Assembly (NCBI RefSeq): GCF_965215805.1
Contig: NZ_OZ244124.1
Location: 2,358,417 to 2,422,416, forward strand
From: Flagellimonas sp.
GTDB lineage: Bacteria; Bacteroidota; Bacteroidia; Flavobacteriales; Flavobacteriaceae
Direction of reading: 5' to 3'
DNA length: 64,000 bases
Shown here: positions 27,749-37,500 of the stretch, piece by piece
Position numbering within the stretch: position 1 is the stretch's first letter
How the letters are laid out: the number at the start of each line of letters is the position of its first letter
Translations under genes and position numbers: made by a program
Notes under the pieces: model-generated
Told to the model about the DNA's origin: nothing
Database searches by the model: none
The model's input: only the letters and a program-made list of their open reading frames with translations

Positions 27749-28567
27749 TTATAGCACGAGGTTCTGATGTCTAAATTCTTCTTCTTCGTCACTTTCAATT
27801 CCCAACGCTTTGTAGATATATTGAAAAGTGGACAGAAGCTCGGGTTTACCGTCTACCAAAGCCACATCATGCTCAAAGTGGGCACTAGGTTTTCCATCTG
27901 CGGTCAAGATAGTCCAGCCGTCTTTGAGTTGTTTTATTCTTCGGGTGCCCATATTGATCATGGGTTCAATGGCCACGACCATTCCGTTGACAAATTTCTT
28001 GCCTCTTCCGCGTTTGCCATAGTTGGGCATTTGGGGATCTTCATGAAGTTCTGTACCCAGACCATGTCCCACCAACTCGCGTACTACACCATACCCATGA
28101 CTTTCACAGTACTTCTGAATGGCAAAACCAACATCACCTACCCGGTTTCCTTCCTTAAATTCCCGGATTCCAACGTATAGCGACTCCTTGGTAACCTTCA
28201 GCAGTTTTTTGGTAGCCTCGGCAACCTCTCCCACTTCAAAGGTGTAGGCATGGTCACCATAATACCCATTTTTAAGGGCGCCACAATCCACAGATATAAC
28301 ATCACCTTCTTTAAGGGGTTCGTTGTTGGGAATACCATGAACCACTTGGGCATTTGGGCTCCAATTCAAGGTGTTGGGAAAGTCGTACATCCCTAAAAAA
28401 CCTGGTTCTGCCCCTTGTTCCCTAATAAACTCTTCGGCCATTTTATCCAAAGCCAAAGGATTGGCTCCAGGTTTGATTTCCGAGGCCAACATACCCAAAG
28501 TCCTGGAAACGACCAATGCACTCTCGCGCATCAATTCAATTTCCTCTGCAGTCTTAATTTTTACCAT
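27749..28567 (-). CDS. map: Type I methionine aminopeptidase
   Basis: VVHGIP, DCG, GDHAYT, LVGHG, EPMIN, SAHFEHDV. Confidence 0.97.
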   Translation of the reverse strand: MVKIKTAEEIELMRESALVVSRTLGMLASEIKPGANPLALDKMAEEFIREQGAEPGFLGMYDFPNTLNWSPNAQVVHGIPNNEPLKEGDVISVDCGALKNGYYGDHAYTFEVGEVAEATKKLLKVTKESLYVGIREFKEGNRVGDVGFAIQKYCESHGYGVVRELVGHGLGTELHEDPQMPNYGKRGRGKKFVNGMVVAIEPMINMGTRRIKQLKDGWTILTADGKPSAHFEHDVALVDGKPELLSTFQYIYKALGIESDEEEEFRHQNLVL

Positions 28568-28572
28568 GGGTG

Positions 28573-28580
28573 CAAAGATA
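28573..28580 (-). promoter_or_regulatory. -7 element TATCTTTG 5 nt upstream of the map ATG
   Basis: Exact TAnnTTTG. Confidence 0.65.
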
Positions 28581-28634
28581 ATCGGAAATCAATAAACACA
28601 AGGGTTTTACGTCCTTAGAGCGTAAAAAGGAAAT

Positions 28635-30152
28635 TTATACCAAAGAATTCCGAGTCATTAAATCCGGTTTAGGGATACCCAATAAGTGCAAGATGGTAGG
28701 TGCAATATCACCCAACACTCCATCTTTGATGGATGTAATTTCCGAATCGACCAAAATTAATGGCACGGGATTGGTCGTATGGGCTGTGTTTGGACTACCA
28801 TCGGGATTGATCATGGTGTCGCAGTTTCCGTGATCTGCAATAACAATGGAAGAATATCCGTTTTCAAGACCTGCCGTTACCACATCCCTGGCGCATTCAT
28901 CTACCGTTTCGCAGGCTTTTACCGCAGCCTCCATGATTCCTGTATGGCCAACCATATCTGGATTGGCAAAGTTCAGGCAAACAAAATCGGTTTCTCCTTT
29001 TTTCAGTTCAGGAATTATGGCATCCCTAATGTCATAGGCACTCATCTCGGGTTGAAGATCGTAAGTGGCCACTTTTGGCGAAGGACATAAAATCCTGTTT
29101 TCGCCATCAAAAGGTTCTTCGCGTCCACCGTTAAAAAAGAAAGTTACGTGGGGATACTTTTCGGTCTCGGCAATTCGAATCTGTTTTTTACCGTTATTGG
29201 CCAGTACCTCTCCAAGAGTATCCTTGATATTCTCCTTGTCGTACACTACGTGGATTCCCTGGAACGAATCATCGTAATTGGTCAGGGTTACATAGTGCAG
29301 GTTCAATTTGTGCATGTTGTGTTCATGAAAATCCTGCTGGCTTAAAACTTGGGTAAGTTCACGCCCCCGATCCGTCCTGAAGTTGAAAAAAACAATAACG
29401 TCCCCTTCCGATATTTGGGTCACGGGCTTGCTATTGGAATCGGTCAAAACCAACGGCTTAATGAATTCATCGGTAACGCCTTCATCATAACTTTTTTCCA
29501 TGGCGGCGGAAATGTCCTGGACTTTTTCTCCATCATTGTTGACCATGACATCATAAGCCAACTTAACACGTTCCCATCTTTTATCCCGATCCATGGCATA
29601 ATATCTTCCGATGACCGTAGCCAATTCGGCTTTCTTATCCGAACAAAACTGTTGAAGATCCTCTAGAAATCCTTTACCACTTTTGGGGTCAACATCCCTT
29701 CCATCCATAAATGCATGGATATAGGAGTTGGCAACTCCACTTTCATCCGCAGCATTGATCAGGGCTTTTAAATGGTCTATATGACTATGTACTCCTCCGT
29801 CACTTACCAAACCAAGAAAGTGCACCGGTTTGTTGTTGGATTTGGCATAGGAAAATGCCGCTTGCAGTACTTCCTCGTTCTTAAGGGTGTCCTCCGCTAC
29901 AGCCTTATTGATTTTGGCCAAATCTTGATAAACGATTCGCCCAGCGCCCAAATTCATGTGTCCCACTTCGCTATTGCCCATTTGTCCTTCGGGTAATCCC
30001 ACATTCATGCCGTCCGTAAGCAAATTGGAGTTTGGATATTGGGTGTAAAGCGAATCTATAAATGGAGTATTGGCTTGTTCAATGGCCGAAACTTTGGGGT
30101 CTGGAGACTTTCCCCATCCGTCCAAAATCATTAGGATTACCTTCTTGTTCAT
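28635..30152 (-). CDS. gpmI: 2,3-bisphosphoglycerate-independent phosphoglycerate mutase
   Basis: LMILDGWG, GNSEVGH, GRYYAMDRD, AETEKYPHVT, NPDMVGHTG, ADHGN; -7 TATTTTTG at 30170-30177. Confidence 0.97.
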   Translation of the reverse strand: MNKKVILMILDGWGKSPDPKVSAIEQANTPFIDSLYTQYPNSNLLTDGMNVGLPEGQMGNSEVGHMNLGAGRIVYQDLAKINKAVAEDTLKNEEVLQAAFSYAKSNNKPVHFLGLVSDGGVHSHIDHLKALINAADESGVANSYIHAFMDGRDVDPKSGKGFLEDLQQFCSDKKAELATVIGRYYAMDRDKRWERVKLAYDVMVNNDGEKVQDISAAMEKSYDEGVTDEFIKPLVLTDSNSKPVTQISEGDVIVFFNFRTDRGRELTQVLSQQDFHEHNMHKLNLHYVTLTNYDDSFQGIHVVYDKENIKDTLGEVLANNGKKQIRIAETEKYPHVTFFFNGGREEPFDGENRILCPSPKVATYDLQPEMSAYDIRDAIIPELKKGETDFVCLNFANPDMVGHTGIMEAAVKACETVDECARDVVTAGLENGYSSIVIADHGNCDTMINPDGSPNTAHTTNPVPLILVDSEITSIKDGVLGDIAPTILHLLGIPKPDLMTRNSLV

Positions 30153-30291
30153 GCTGTTGGATTAAGCCCCAAAAATAGCATGAATGCGCTGGATACCCTA
30201 GTGTTTGTTAAGATTTCTAACTGAGGATTTGTTAATTATTTATGTTAAAAAAAAGGCTGTTGTTAAAGTTTAGTTATTTAAGTGTTAATGC

Positions 30292-30318
30292 TGTAACATT
30301 TGATTCCATATAGAGTCT
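30292..30318 (+). promoter_or_regulatory. Putative ECF-sigma promoter TGTAAC-N16-AGTCT
   Basis: Same motif and spacing recurs at 45313-45339. Confidence 0.5.
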
Positions 30319-30359
30319 ACTTTTATATTAATCATTTCATTAATCAAAAATTATTCATC

Positions 30360-30752
30360 ATGAAAAAAGCAATCCTAAGCGTAGCCGCGGCCTGTATGGT
30401 CATGGTTGCAGGCGTTAACGCCAACGAAAATTCCGCAATGGTTGAAGACCATTTGAACAGCACTGTGATTACAGCTGAAATCAACTCTTTTTGTAAGGCC
30501 ATTGTAAAAGGGGATGTGGAAACTGTAAAGAAACTTATTGAATTGGGTGAGGATGTGAATCAAAAGTCATTGGGAATGGCGCCCATCCATTTTGCCGCCC
30601 GTTACAATCAAACTGAAATTCTTGAAGTACTTATTGCCAACGGTGCCAACCTTAGAAAGAAGTGCGATAAAGGATACACGGCAAAGAAATATGCAGAACT
30701 TTCCAATGCTGTTGAGGCATTAAAAGTTTTGAAAGATGCTATGAAGAAATAA
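30360..30752 (+). CDS. Small secreted ankyrin-repeat protein
   Basis: Signal peptide MKKAILSVAAA...NA; AIVKGDVETVKKLIELGEDVN, GMAPIHFAARYN, LIANGAN; start refined to 30360. Confidence 0.88.
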   Translation: MKKAILSVAAACMVMVAGVNANENSAMVEDHLNSTVITAEINSFCKAIVKGDVETVKKLIELGEDVNQKSLGMAPIHFAARYNQTEILEVLIANGANLRKKCDKGYTAKKYAELSNAVEALKVLKDAMKK

Positions 30753-30775
30753 AAGAAAGGGGTTTATTCATCCAA

Positions 30776-30807
30776 AAAAAGGCCCGTCCATGTGGACGGG
30801 CCTTTTT
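30776..30807. terminator. Bidirectional intrinsic terminator
   Basis: AAAAA-GGCCCGTCC-atgt-GGACGGGCC-TTTTT between convergent genes. Confidence 0.85.
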
Positions 30808-30846
30808 GCTCATTTACTTATAGTGTTCTTGTAAAAGAGAAAGTTC

Positions 30847-31014
30847 TTAAAAATCAAAGCCGGTCAGTACTCTAAACATGAATGCGTATAGAGCCATTGA
30901 CAACAAAATGGCGCAAAAAATCGCGTAGCCTTTTAAAAATAATACCAGATAACTAGGCTTACAGTCATCGAATGCTTCAAAATAAAGCTGCTTAAAATGC
31001 AATAGTGTTCCCAT
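30847..31014 (-). CDS. 55-aa small membrane protein (DUF6747-like), not in the ORF track
   Basis: Hand translation MGTLLHFKQLYFEAFDDCKPSYLVLFLKGYAIFCAILLSMALYAFMFRVLTGFDF; one TM; TACCTTTG -7 at 31075-31082; terminator downstream; DUF name from recall only. Confidence 0.75.
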   Translation of the reverse strand: MGTLLHFKQLYFEAFDDCKPSYLVLFLKGYAIFCAILLSMALYAFMFRVLTGFDF

Positions 31015-31128
31015 ATGTCCTCTCGTTTAATAGCACAAATGGGTTAAAGAAAAGCATGTTTGATTTGGGTACTACAAAGGTATTCAAATCTTGGAAACAC
31101 CCATTTTTAATCGACAAATGAGGTAAAT

Positions 31129-31893
31129 CTATCGACCTGAATACTTTTTTATGGCTTCTTTAATCTTTTCAATCCGATTTTCAGGATCTGGATGGGTACT
31201 TTGAAATTCAGGAACACGGTTAGGGCCAGCTGCCGCTTTCAGGATTTCCATGACCCTGATCATCTCATAGGGGTCGTATCCCGCCTGAATCATAAACAAG
31301 ACACCCAACTCATCACTTTCCAACTCATCTCCCCTTCCATTTTTCAGTAGTGTATTTTGACCAATACTTCCTACCACATTTCCCATATCTGCACCCACGG
31401 TGGCGCCCATGGTCAAAGTTTGCCAAAAACTGCTTTCAGCAATACGCTCCGCCGAATGTCTTCCTATTACATGAGCAATTTCATGCCCCAAAACCCCGGC
31501 AAGTTGTGCCTCCGTCAATTGGGAAAATAAGGCATAGGTTATAAAGCATTGGCCGCCAGGTAGTGCAAATGCATTAATAGTACGGTCATCTGCCAATAAA
31601 TGAAATTCATATTGATATGGTGTTTCCCTGGCAATGCTATTTTGGACCAATCTATTGCCCACCGCATCTACCAGGGCTTGCATCTTTTGGTCTGGATAAA
31701 GTCCACCGTGTTGTTGGGCCATTTCAGGTGCGCTTTGAAGACCAATCGCAATTTCCTGGTCTGGGGTCATGTTTATATTCTGTACCCTTCCCGTATATGG
31801 ATTTTCCTGTTTGTTGTTACAACGCTGGATAAAGGCAAAGGCAACTATGGCCAATCCTATAAAGATTCGGATTTTCCAACTTCCTCTTCTCAT
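31129..31893 (-). CDS. M48 family zinc metalloprotease
   Basis: INAFALPGG, GVLGHEIAH (HExxH), ELESD, STHP. Confidence 0.92.
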   Translation of the reverse strand: MRRGSWKIRIFIGLAIVAFAFIQRCNNKQENPYTGRVQNINMTPDQEIAIGLQSAPEMAQQHGGLYPDQKMQALVDAVGNRLVQNSIARETPYQYEFHLLADDRTINAFALPGGQCFITYALFSQLTEAQLAGVLGHEIAHVIGRHSAERIAESSFWQTLTMGATVGADMGNVVGSIGQNTLLKNGRGDELESDELGVLFMIQAGYDPYEMIRVMEILKAAAGPNRVPEFQSTHPDPENRIEKIKEAIKKYSGR

Positions 31894-31933
31894 GGTGTTA
31901 GTGTTCTAGATAAATGAAAGTACAAAAAATAGC

Positions 31934-32668
31934 TTATAAAAGCTCTGGGTTGATTCCTAATATGTTATCCTGAACATAACTTCTCAAGAATCCAGTAGTA
32001 AAATAATCACACCCTATAAAATCCTGACTTAGCAGCATTTTTACAATGTTGATTTTTCTATAGGCCTCCAACATGGGAATTGAAATGGGAGCATAGCTAT
32101 AATGCCATGGCTCGTACTTGAATCCAGGTCTTTTGGGTTCATCCGTATAAACAAGATAAAAACCAAACTCCTCGGAATTTTCATCCAGCCAAAGTTTAAG
32201 CCCTTCAAATGGGCCTCCTGCTTCAAATTTTTGGGGAACCAAAACATCACCGGAAGATTTTACCCCACCATCAATTATGTCGATATCGGTACCCCAATGG
32301 TGCCTACTGGTTCCAGGGATTGTGGAATACTCAATGATTTTCTCGATAGCATCCAAAGGTTGCATACCATCATCTTCTGTGTAGCGGAGAAATTTCCGTT
32401 CCCATATGCCTTCCTGCCTAAAATAATCCCGATAGCTGGAAACCATCTGAATATCAAATCCAGCCTTAAGGGCGGCTTTTTTCATTGCAACGAACGCATG
32501 ATAGGCCTCTTCCCTTAAATTAATGCCTTTACCGTAAAGATCAATATCTGCTTTGCCGATTAATTCATCAAGGGAATATTCCGAATCGGAGTAAACGGGG
32601 ACCAATGGAGGTAGGGCACATGCCAAGCCTGTAATGGAAGCTTTTTTAATAAAAGTCCTTCGCTTCAT
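31934..32668 (-). CDS. M15 family D-Ala-D-Ala carboxypeptidase (VanY-like) with Tat-type signal
   Basis: MKRRTFIKK twin-Arg; VSSYR, PGTSRHHWGTDID, EPWHY. Confidence 0.92.
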   Translation of the reverse strand: MKRRTFIKKASITGLACALPPLVPVYSDSEYSLDELIGKADIDLYGKGINLREEAYHAFVAMKKAALKAGFDIQMVSSYRDYFRQEGIWERKFLRYTEDDGMQPLDAIEKIIEYSTIPGTSRHHWGTDIDIIDGGVKSSGDVLVPQKFEAGGPFEGLKLWLDENSEEFGFYLVYTDEPKRPGFKYEPWHYSYAPISIPMLEAYRKINIVKMLLSQDFIGCDYFTTGFLRSYVQDNILGINPELL

Positions 32669-32740
32669 GGATTTGATTTATTGACCAAGTTAAGAAGTAT
32701 TTTTAAGCCAGAATATATCCCAATTCTGTTTTCAATTTTA

Positions 32741-33916
32741 TTATTGGGAAATGTAGAGATACCCCTGGTATTTCTCTTTATTATCGGTTACGGTAAGGAC
32801 ATAGAAATAAACCCCTGCAGAAAGTCCTGAAGCTTTGCTAATTACTCCATTCCGATTTGATTTGCCGTCAAATTCGTTGGCGTAGTTTAGTTTGGAATAC
32901 ACCAACACACCGTAACGGTTATAGATGTTAAGGACATTGTTGGGAACATTTTCAATACCATCAATCAAAAGAAAATCGTTTACCCCATCATCATTTGGGG
33001 TCATAAAGTAATTGTCAAGTTCTAGAACCGTAAACGGTTCCAAAAGGTCATCTGTTCCACCTAGCGTAATGATTTCGTAATCGTTGGGTACAAAAGTCTC
33101 TGAAGAGATACTTCCTGTTTGCATATTACCGGACACGGTAGTATTGCCCAATCGTTCCCATTGGTTGGATGTTTTGTTCCATCCCACGACCAACAAACTT
33201 TCAACCGTTTCGGCCAAAAGTTCCACGGCACTATTGGTATCCCAGGTAAGGGTCACTACCGAAGGTTGATTACCTTCCAATCGCCAAAATTCCAGCGTAC
33301 TGACCTGGAGGTCTTCAGTGGCTTTACTATCTGTTGGGAATTGTTGGGACAATGATGCTGAATTATTGGGGTCTTCGGGATAATAAGCACATTTGGCCAA
33401 AGTGTTGGCTGTACCTGATGATAGGGTCAAATATCGAAAAAACTCCCCGTCCCCAACTGGAAAAGTTATGGTTTCCTTATTTGCTGCCCCTGCGTAACCA
33501 TTGATATGTGCCATATTACCAGATCCCATATAAAAGGAATCGTCTATAAAATTCAGATAGCTTGCAGAGTTGGATTTGGAGGTTAAAACATCTCCTACCA
33601 CAAAATTGACATTTCCTGTTACCCCTAGCCAGGTCTCCAGCAGCAACCCATTGTCAGCAACAATTTCTATGTCCTGGAAAATAGGGTTACTTGAGCCCGA
33701 AACGGTCAACAGGTTTCCGCTATAAAACCCTGTAAGCCCTATGTTATTATCAAAAGCGCCATCGTTGATTACATCCAAATGAAAACCGACCGATGAGGTA
33801 CCGTGAAACTGAATATTGCCAAAATTATGAAAGGCCGTCTGTCCCCAAAAAAGGGTTGGAACTACCATTAGGGAGCTTAAAAGTAATCGTTTTATATATT
33901 GTCTTATGATGATCAT
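32741..33916 (-). CDS. T9SS type-B CTD (gliding-motility-associated CTD) protein, partner paralog 2
   Basis: Signal peptide; C-terminal FMTPNDDGVND...IYNRYG...GVYFY...QGYLYI; clearly paralogous to 40237-41403. Confidence 0.88.
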   Translation of the reverse strand: MIIIRQYIKRLLLSSLMVVPTLFWGQTAFHNFGNIQFHGTSSVGFHLDVINDGAFDNNIGLTGFYSGNLLTVSGSSNPIFQDIEIVADNGLLLETWLGVTGNVNFVVGDVLTSKSNSASYLNFIDDSFYMGSGNMAHINGYAGAANKETITFPVGDGEFFRYLTLSSGTANTLAKCAYYPEDPNNSASLSQQFPTDSKATEDLQVSTLEFWRLEGNQPSVVTLTWDTNSAVELLAETVESLLVVGWNKTSNQWERLGNTTVSGNMQTGSISSETFVPNDYEIITLGGTDDLLEPFTVLELDNYFMTPNDDGVNDFLLIDGIENVPNNVLNIYNRYGVLVYSKLNYANEFDGKSNRNGVISKASGLSAGVYFYVLTVTDNKEKYQGYLYISQ

Positions 33917-33919
33917 GGA

Positions 33920-34570
33920 TTATCTAAATGCTTGAAATATGACAACGATTCCGTCAGCAAAACTGTCTGTGTTTAGGGTGAATCCGTCCGTGTTAAAACT
34001 TGTTACGGTGGCTGATGTAATTCCCAGGTTATTTCCGTTTTGATCACTGTAACGCAGTGCTATTGAGTGGGAATTGGAAGCATATCTTGAGATGTCGTTT
34101 ATGGAATTCCCGCTTCCGCCAACATAAATGACCTGTTCAGCAATGGTCCCACCGTCATTTCTGGCAAATCCGTTCATGGAACCATAGGCATTGGCAAGGG
34201 TCCGGTTATTGTTTCCAACTCCGTTGTCGGAATTTAGGTTAAAGCTTTCCACATTCGCATGGGCAGAAAAAGTTAGGCTGGTAGGCTGGAAGGGTATTCC
34301 CGTTATGGTTTGGTTACCCGCTCCCGTAATTTGAAAAGCACCCACATAGCTATTGGCCACATTCGGAACTTCCACCCAGGCGGAATTGCTATAAAAATGC
34401 ATACTACTCGTTGTGGTATTATAGACCATGGAACCTTCTTCTGGATTGGAAATACTGTTCATCTCCAAAGTGGTGACATTATGGATGGCTACCAGGTCCC
34501 CAGCGGTTGGCGTTTGAGCACTTAGACCCAAAAGGAAGAATAACAATATGGTGGTAAAAATGCCTTTCAT
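33920..34570 (-). CDS. Secreted 216-aa protein: fibre-type N-terminal module plus tip-like beta domain, no stalk
   Basis: Signal peptide; VTTLEMNSISNPEEGSMVYNTTTSSMHFY..SAW resembles the N-domain of the two neighbouring repeat proteins. Confidence 0.8.
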   Translation of the reverse strand: MKGIFTTILLFFLLGLSAQTPTAGDLVAIHNVTTLEMNSISNPEEGSMVYNTTTSSMHFYSNSAWVEVPNVANSYVGAFQITGAGNQTITGIPFQPTSLTFSAHANVESFNLNSDNGVGNNNRTLANAYGSMNGFARNDGGTIAEQVIYVGGSGNSINDISRYASNSHSIALRYSDQNGNNLGITSATVTSFNTDGFTLNTDSFADGIVVIFQAFR

Positions 34571-34580
34571 TGTTCTTCTT

Positions 34581-37500
34581 TTACAGATCTAGAATGGTAA
34601 ACATAAATTCTGAATTGAATCTATTTCTATCTGTACCCCCGTTGTCATTATCCCCTACAATTACTTCGAAGCTGGAACTGGTCTGTGCACGATAAGAAAT
34701 TCCAGGGTCGTCATTTCCGGAACCATCCCGACTCGGCTGTGCCAATTGAATAATATAGTTGGCGTCGCTTACCAGTCCAGAAGGTAGGTTGACCCTGTAA
34801 TATCCATTTCCTGTGAGTTTGGTAACTGTAATTCCCGATGTGGCCCTCGTAACACTTCCGTTTGCAGCTATTTTGCCGAAAGCTTTTATAGGACTCTCGT
34901 AATATGCGCCACCATTGGCTCCCACAGTAATGCTATTGTCAGCCTCAGCGCCAACAACATTGGCTGTTTGGTTCGCTGTAGCTTCGTTGGTATATGTTAT
35001 AACACCAGTTGTTGTGTTTTGGGAAAGGGTGGTAACGGTGTCATCGTCTCCATCTGCTATATCTGCTGGGATATTGGAAAGTGATGACCAATCTCCGTCA
35101 AAATCATCGGTCACATCGGTGTCCAGGTTGGGGAACTCGTTGTTCACTGCCGTTGCCACCTGTGCATCGGTCAGCTGTGTATCGTTGTCTATGTTGTCGG
35201 CAAAGCCCGCGGGAACGTTGTTCAAAGAGGCCCACTCCCCGTCAAAGTCGTCCGTTGAGTCAGTGTCGAGGTTCGCGGGCACGTCCGTAAGGTCGTTGAA
35301 ACTTCCACTGAAATCATCGGTGGAATCCGTATCCAGATTGGCAGGTACGTTGGTCAAATCGTTGAAATCCCCTGAAAAGTCATCGGTCACATCGGTATCC
35401 AGGTTGGGGAACTCGTTGTTCACTGCCGTTGCCACCTGTGCATCGGTCAGCTGTGTGTCGTTGTCGATGTCGTCGGCAAAGCCCGAGGGAACGTTGTTCA
35501 AAGAGGCCCACTCCCCGTCAAAGTCGTCGGTTGAGTCCGTGTCCAGATTGGCGGGCACATCCGTAAGATCGTTGAAGCTGCCTGAAAAGTCGTCGGTCAC
35601 ATCGGTATCGAGGTTGGGGAACTCGTTGTTCACCGCCGTTGCCACCTGTGCATCGGTCAGCTGTGTATCGTTGTCGATGTCGTCGGCAAAGCCTGAGGGC
35701 ACATTGTTGAGGGAGGACCACTCCCCGTCAAAGTCGTCGGTAGAGTCAGTGTCGAGGTTCGCGGGCACGTCCGTAAGGTCGTTGAAACTTCCACTGAAAT
35801 CATCCGTTGAGTCCGTATCAAGATTGACGGGTACATTGGTCAGATCATTGAAATCCCCTGAAAAGTCGTCGGTCACATCGGTGTCCAGGTTGGGGAACTC
35901 GTTGTTCACTGCCGTTGCCACCTGTGCATCGGTCAGCTGCGTATCGTTGTCTATGTCGTCGGCAAATCCTGCTGGCACATTGTTCAAAGAGGACCATTCC
36001 CCGTCAAAGTCGTCCGTTGAGTCCGTGTCCAGATTGGCCGGTACATTGGTCAAATCATTGAAATCCCCTGAAAAGTCGTCGGTCACATCGGTATCGAGAT
36101 TGGGGAACTCGTTGTTCACTGCCGTTGCCACCTGCGCATCGGTCAGCTGTGTATCGTTGTCGATGTCGTCGGCAAAGCCTGCGGGCACGTTGTTCAGGGA
36201 GCTCCATTCCCCGTCAAAGTCGTCGGTTGAATCCGTGTCCAGATTGACAGGTACATTGGTCAGATCATTGAAATCCCCTGAAAAGTCATCGGTCACATCG
36301 GTATCGAGATTGGGGAACTCGTTGTTCACTGCGGTCGCTACCTGTGCATCGGTCAGCTGGGTATCGTTGTCGATGTCGTCGGCAAACCCCGCTGGCACGT
36401 TGTTGAGCGAGGTCCACTCCCCGTCAAAGTCGTCCGTTGAGTCCGTATCAAGATTTGCCGGTACATTGGTCAAATCGTTGAAATCCCCTGAAAAGTCATC
36501 CGTCACATCGGTGTCCAGGTTGGGGAACTCGTTGTTCACTGCCGTTGCCACCTGTGAATCTGTCAGCTGTGTATCGTTGTCGATGTCGTCGGCAAATCCT
36601 GCTGGCACATTGTTCAAAGAGGCCCACTCCCCGTCAAAGTCGTCGGTGGAGTCCGTGTCCAGATTGGCCGGAACGTCCGTAAGGTCGTTGAAGCTGCCTG
36701 AAAAGTCATCGGTCACATCGGTGTCCAGGTTGGGGAACTCGTTGTTCACTGCCGTTGCCACCTGTGAATCTGTCAGCTGTGTATCGTTGTCTATGTCGTC
36801 GGCAAATCCTGCTGGCACGTTGTTCAGGGAGGACCATTCCCCGTCGAAATCGTCCGTTGAGTCCGTATCAAGGTTGGCGGGCACATCGGTAAGGTCGTTG
36901 AAGCTACCGCTGAAATCATCCGTTGAGTCCGTATCAAGATTGACGGGCACGTCCGTAAGGTCGTTGAAGCTACCTGAAAAGTCATCGGTCACATCGGTGT
37001 CCAGGTTGGGGAACTCGTTGTTGACCGCCGTTGCCACCTGTGCATCGGTGAGCTGTGTATCGTTGTCGATGTCATCGGCGAAGCCTGCGGGCACGTTGTT
37101 CAGGGAGCTCCACTCCCCGTCAAAATCGTCAGTGGAGTCCGTATCGAGGTTCGCGGGCACGTCGGTAAGGTCGTTGAAGCTTCCACTGAAATCATCGGTG
37201 GAATCCATATCCAGATTGGCAGGTACATTGGTCAGATCATTGAAATCCCCTGAAAAGTCATCGGTCACATCGGTGTCCAAGTTCGGGAACTCGTTGTTCA
37301 CTGCGGTAGCCACCTGTGCATCGGTCAGCTGTGTATCGTTGTCTATGTCGTCGGCAAATCCTGCTGGCACATTGTTCAAAGAGGCCCACTCCCCGTCAAA
37401 GTCGTCCGTGGAGTCCGTGTCCAGGTTTGCGGGCACATCCGTCAGGTCATTAAAGCTGCCTGAAAAGTCATCGGTCACGTCGGTATCGAGGTTGGGGAAC

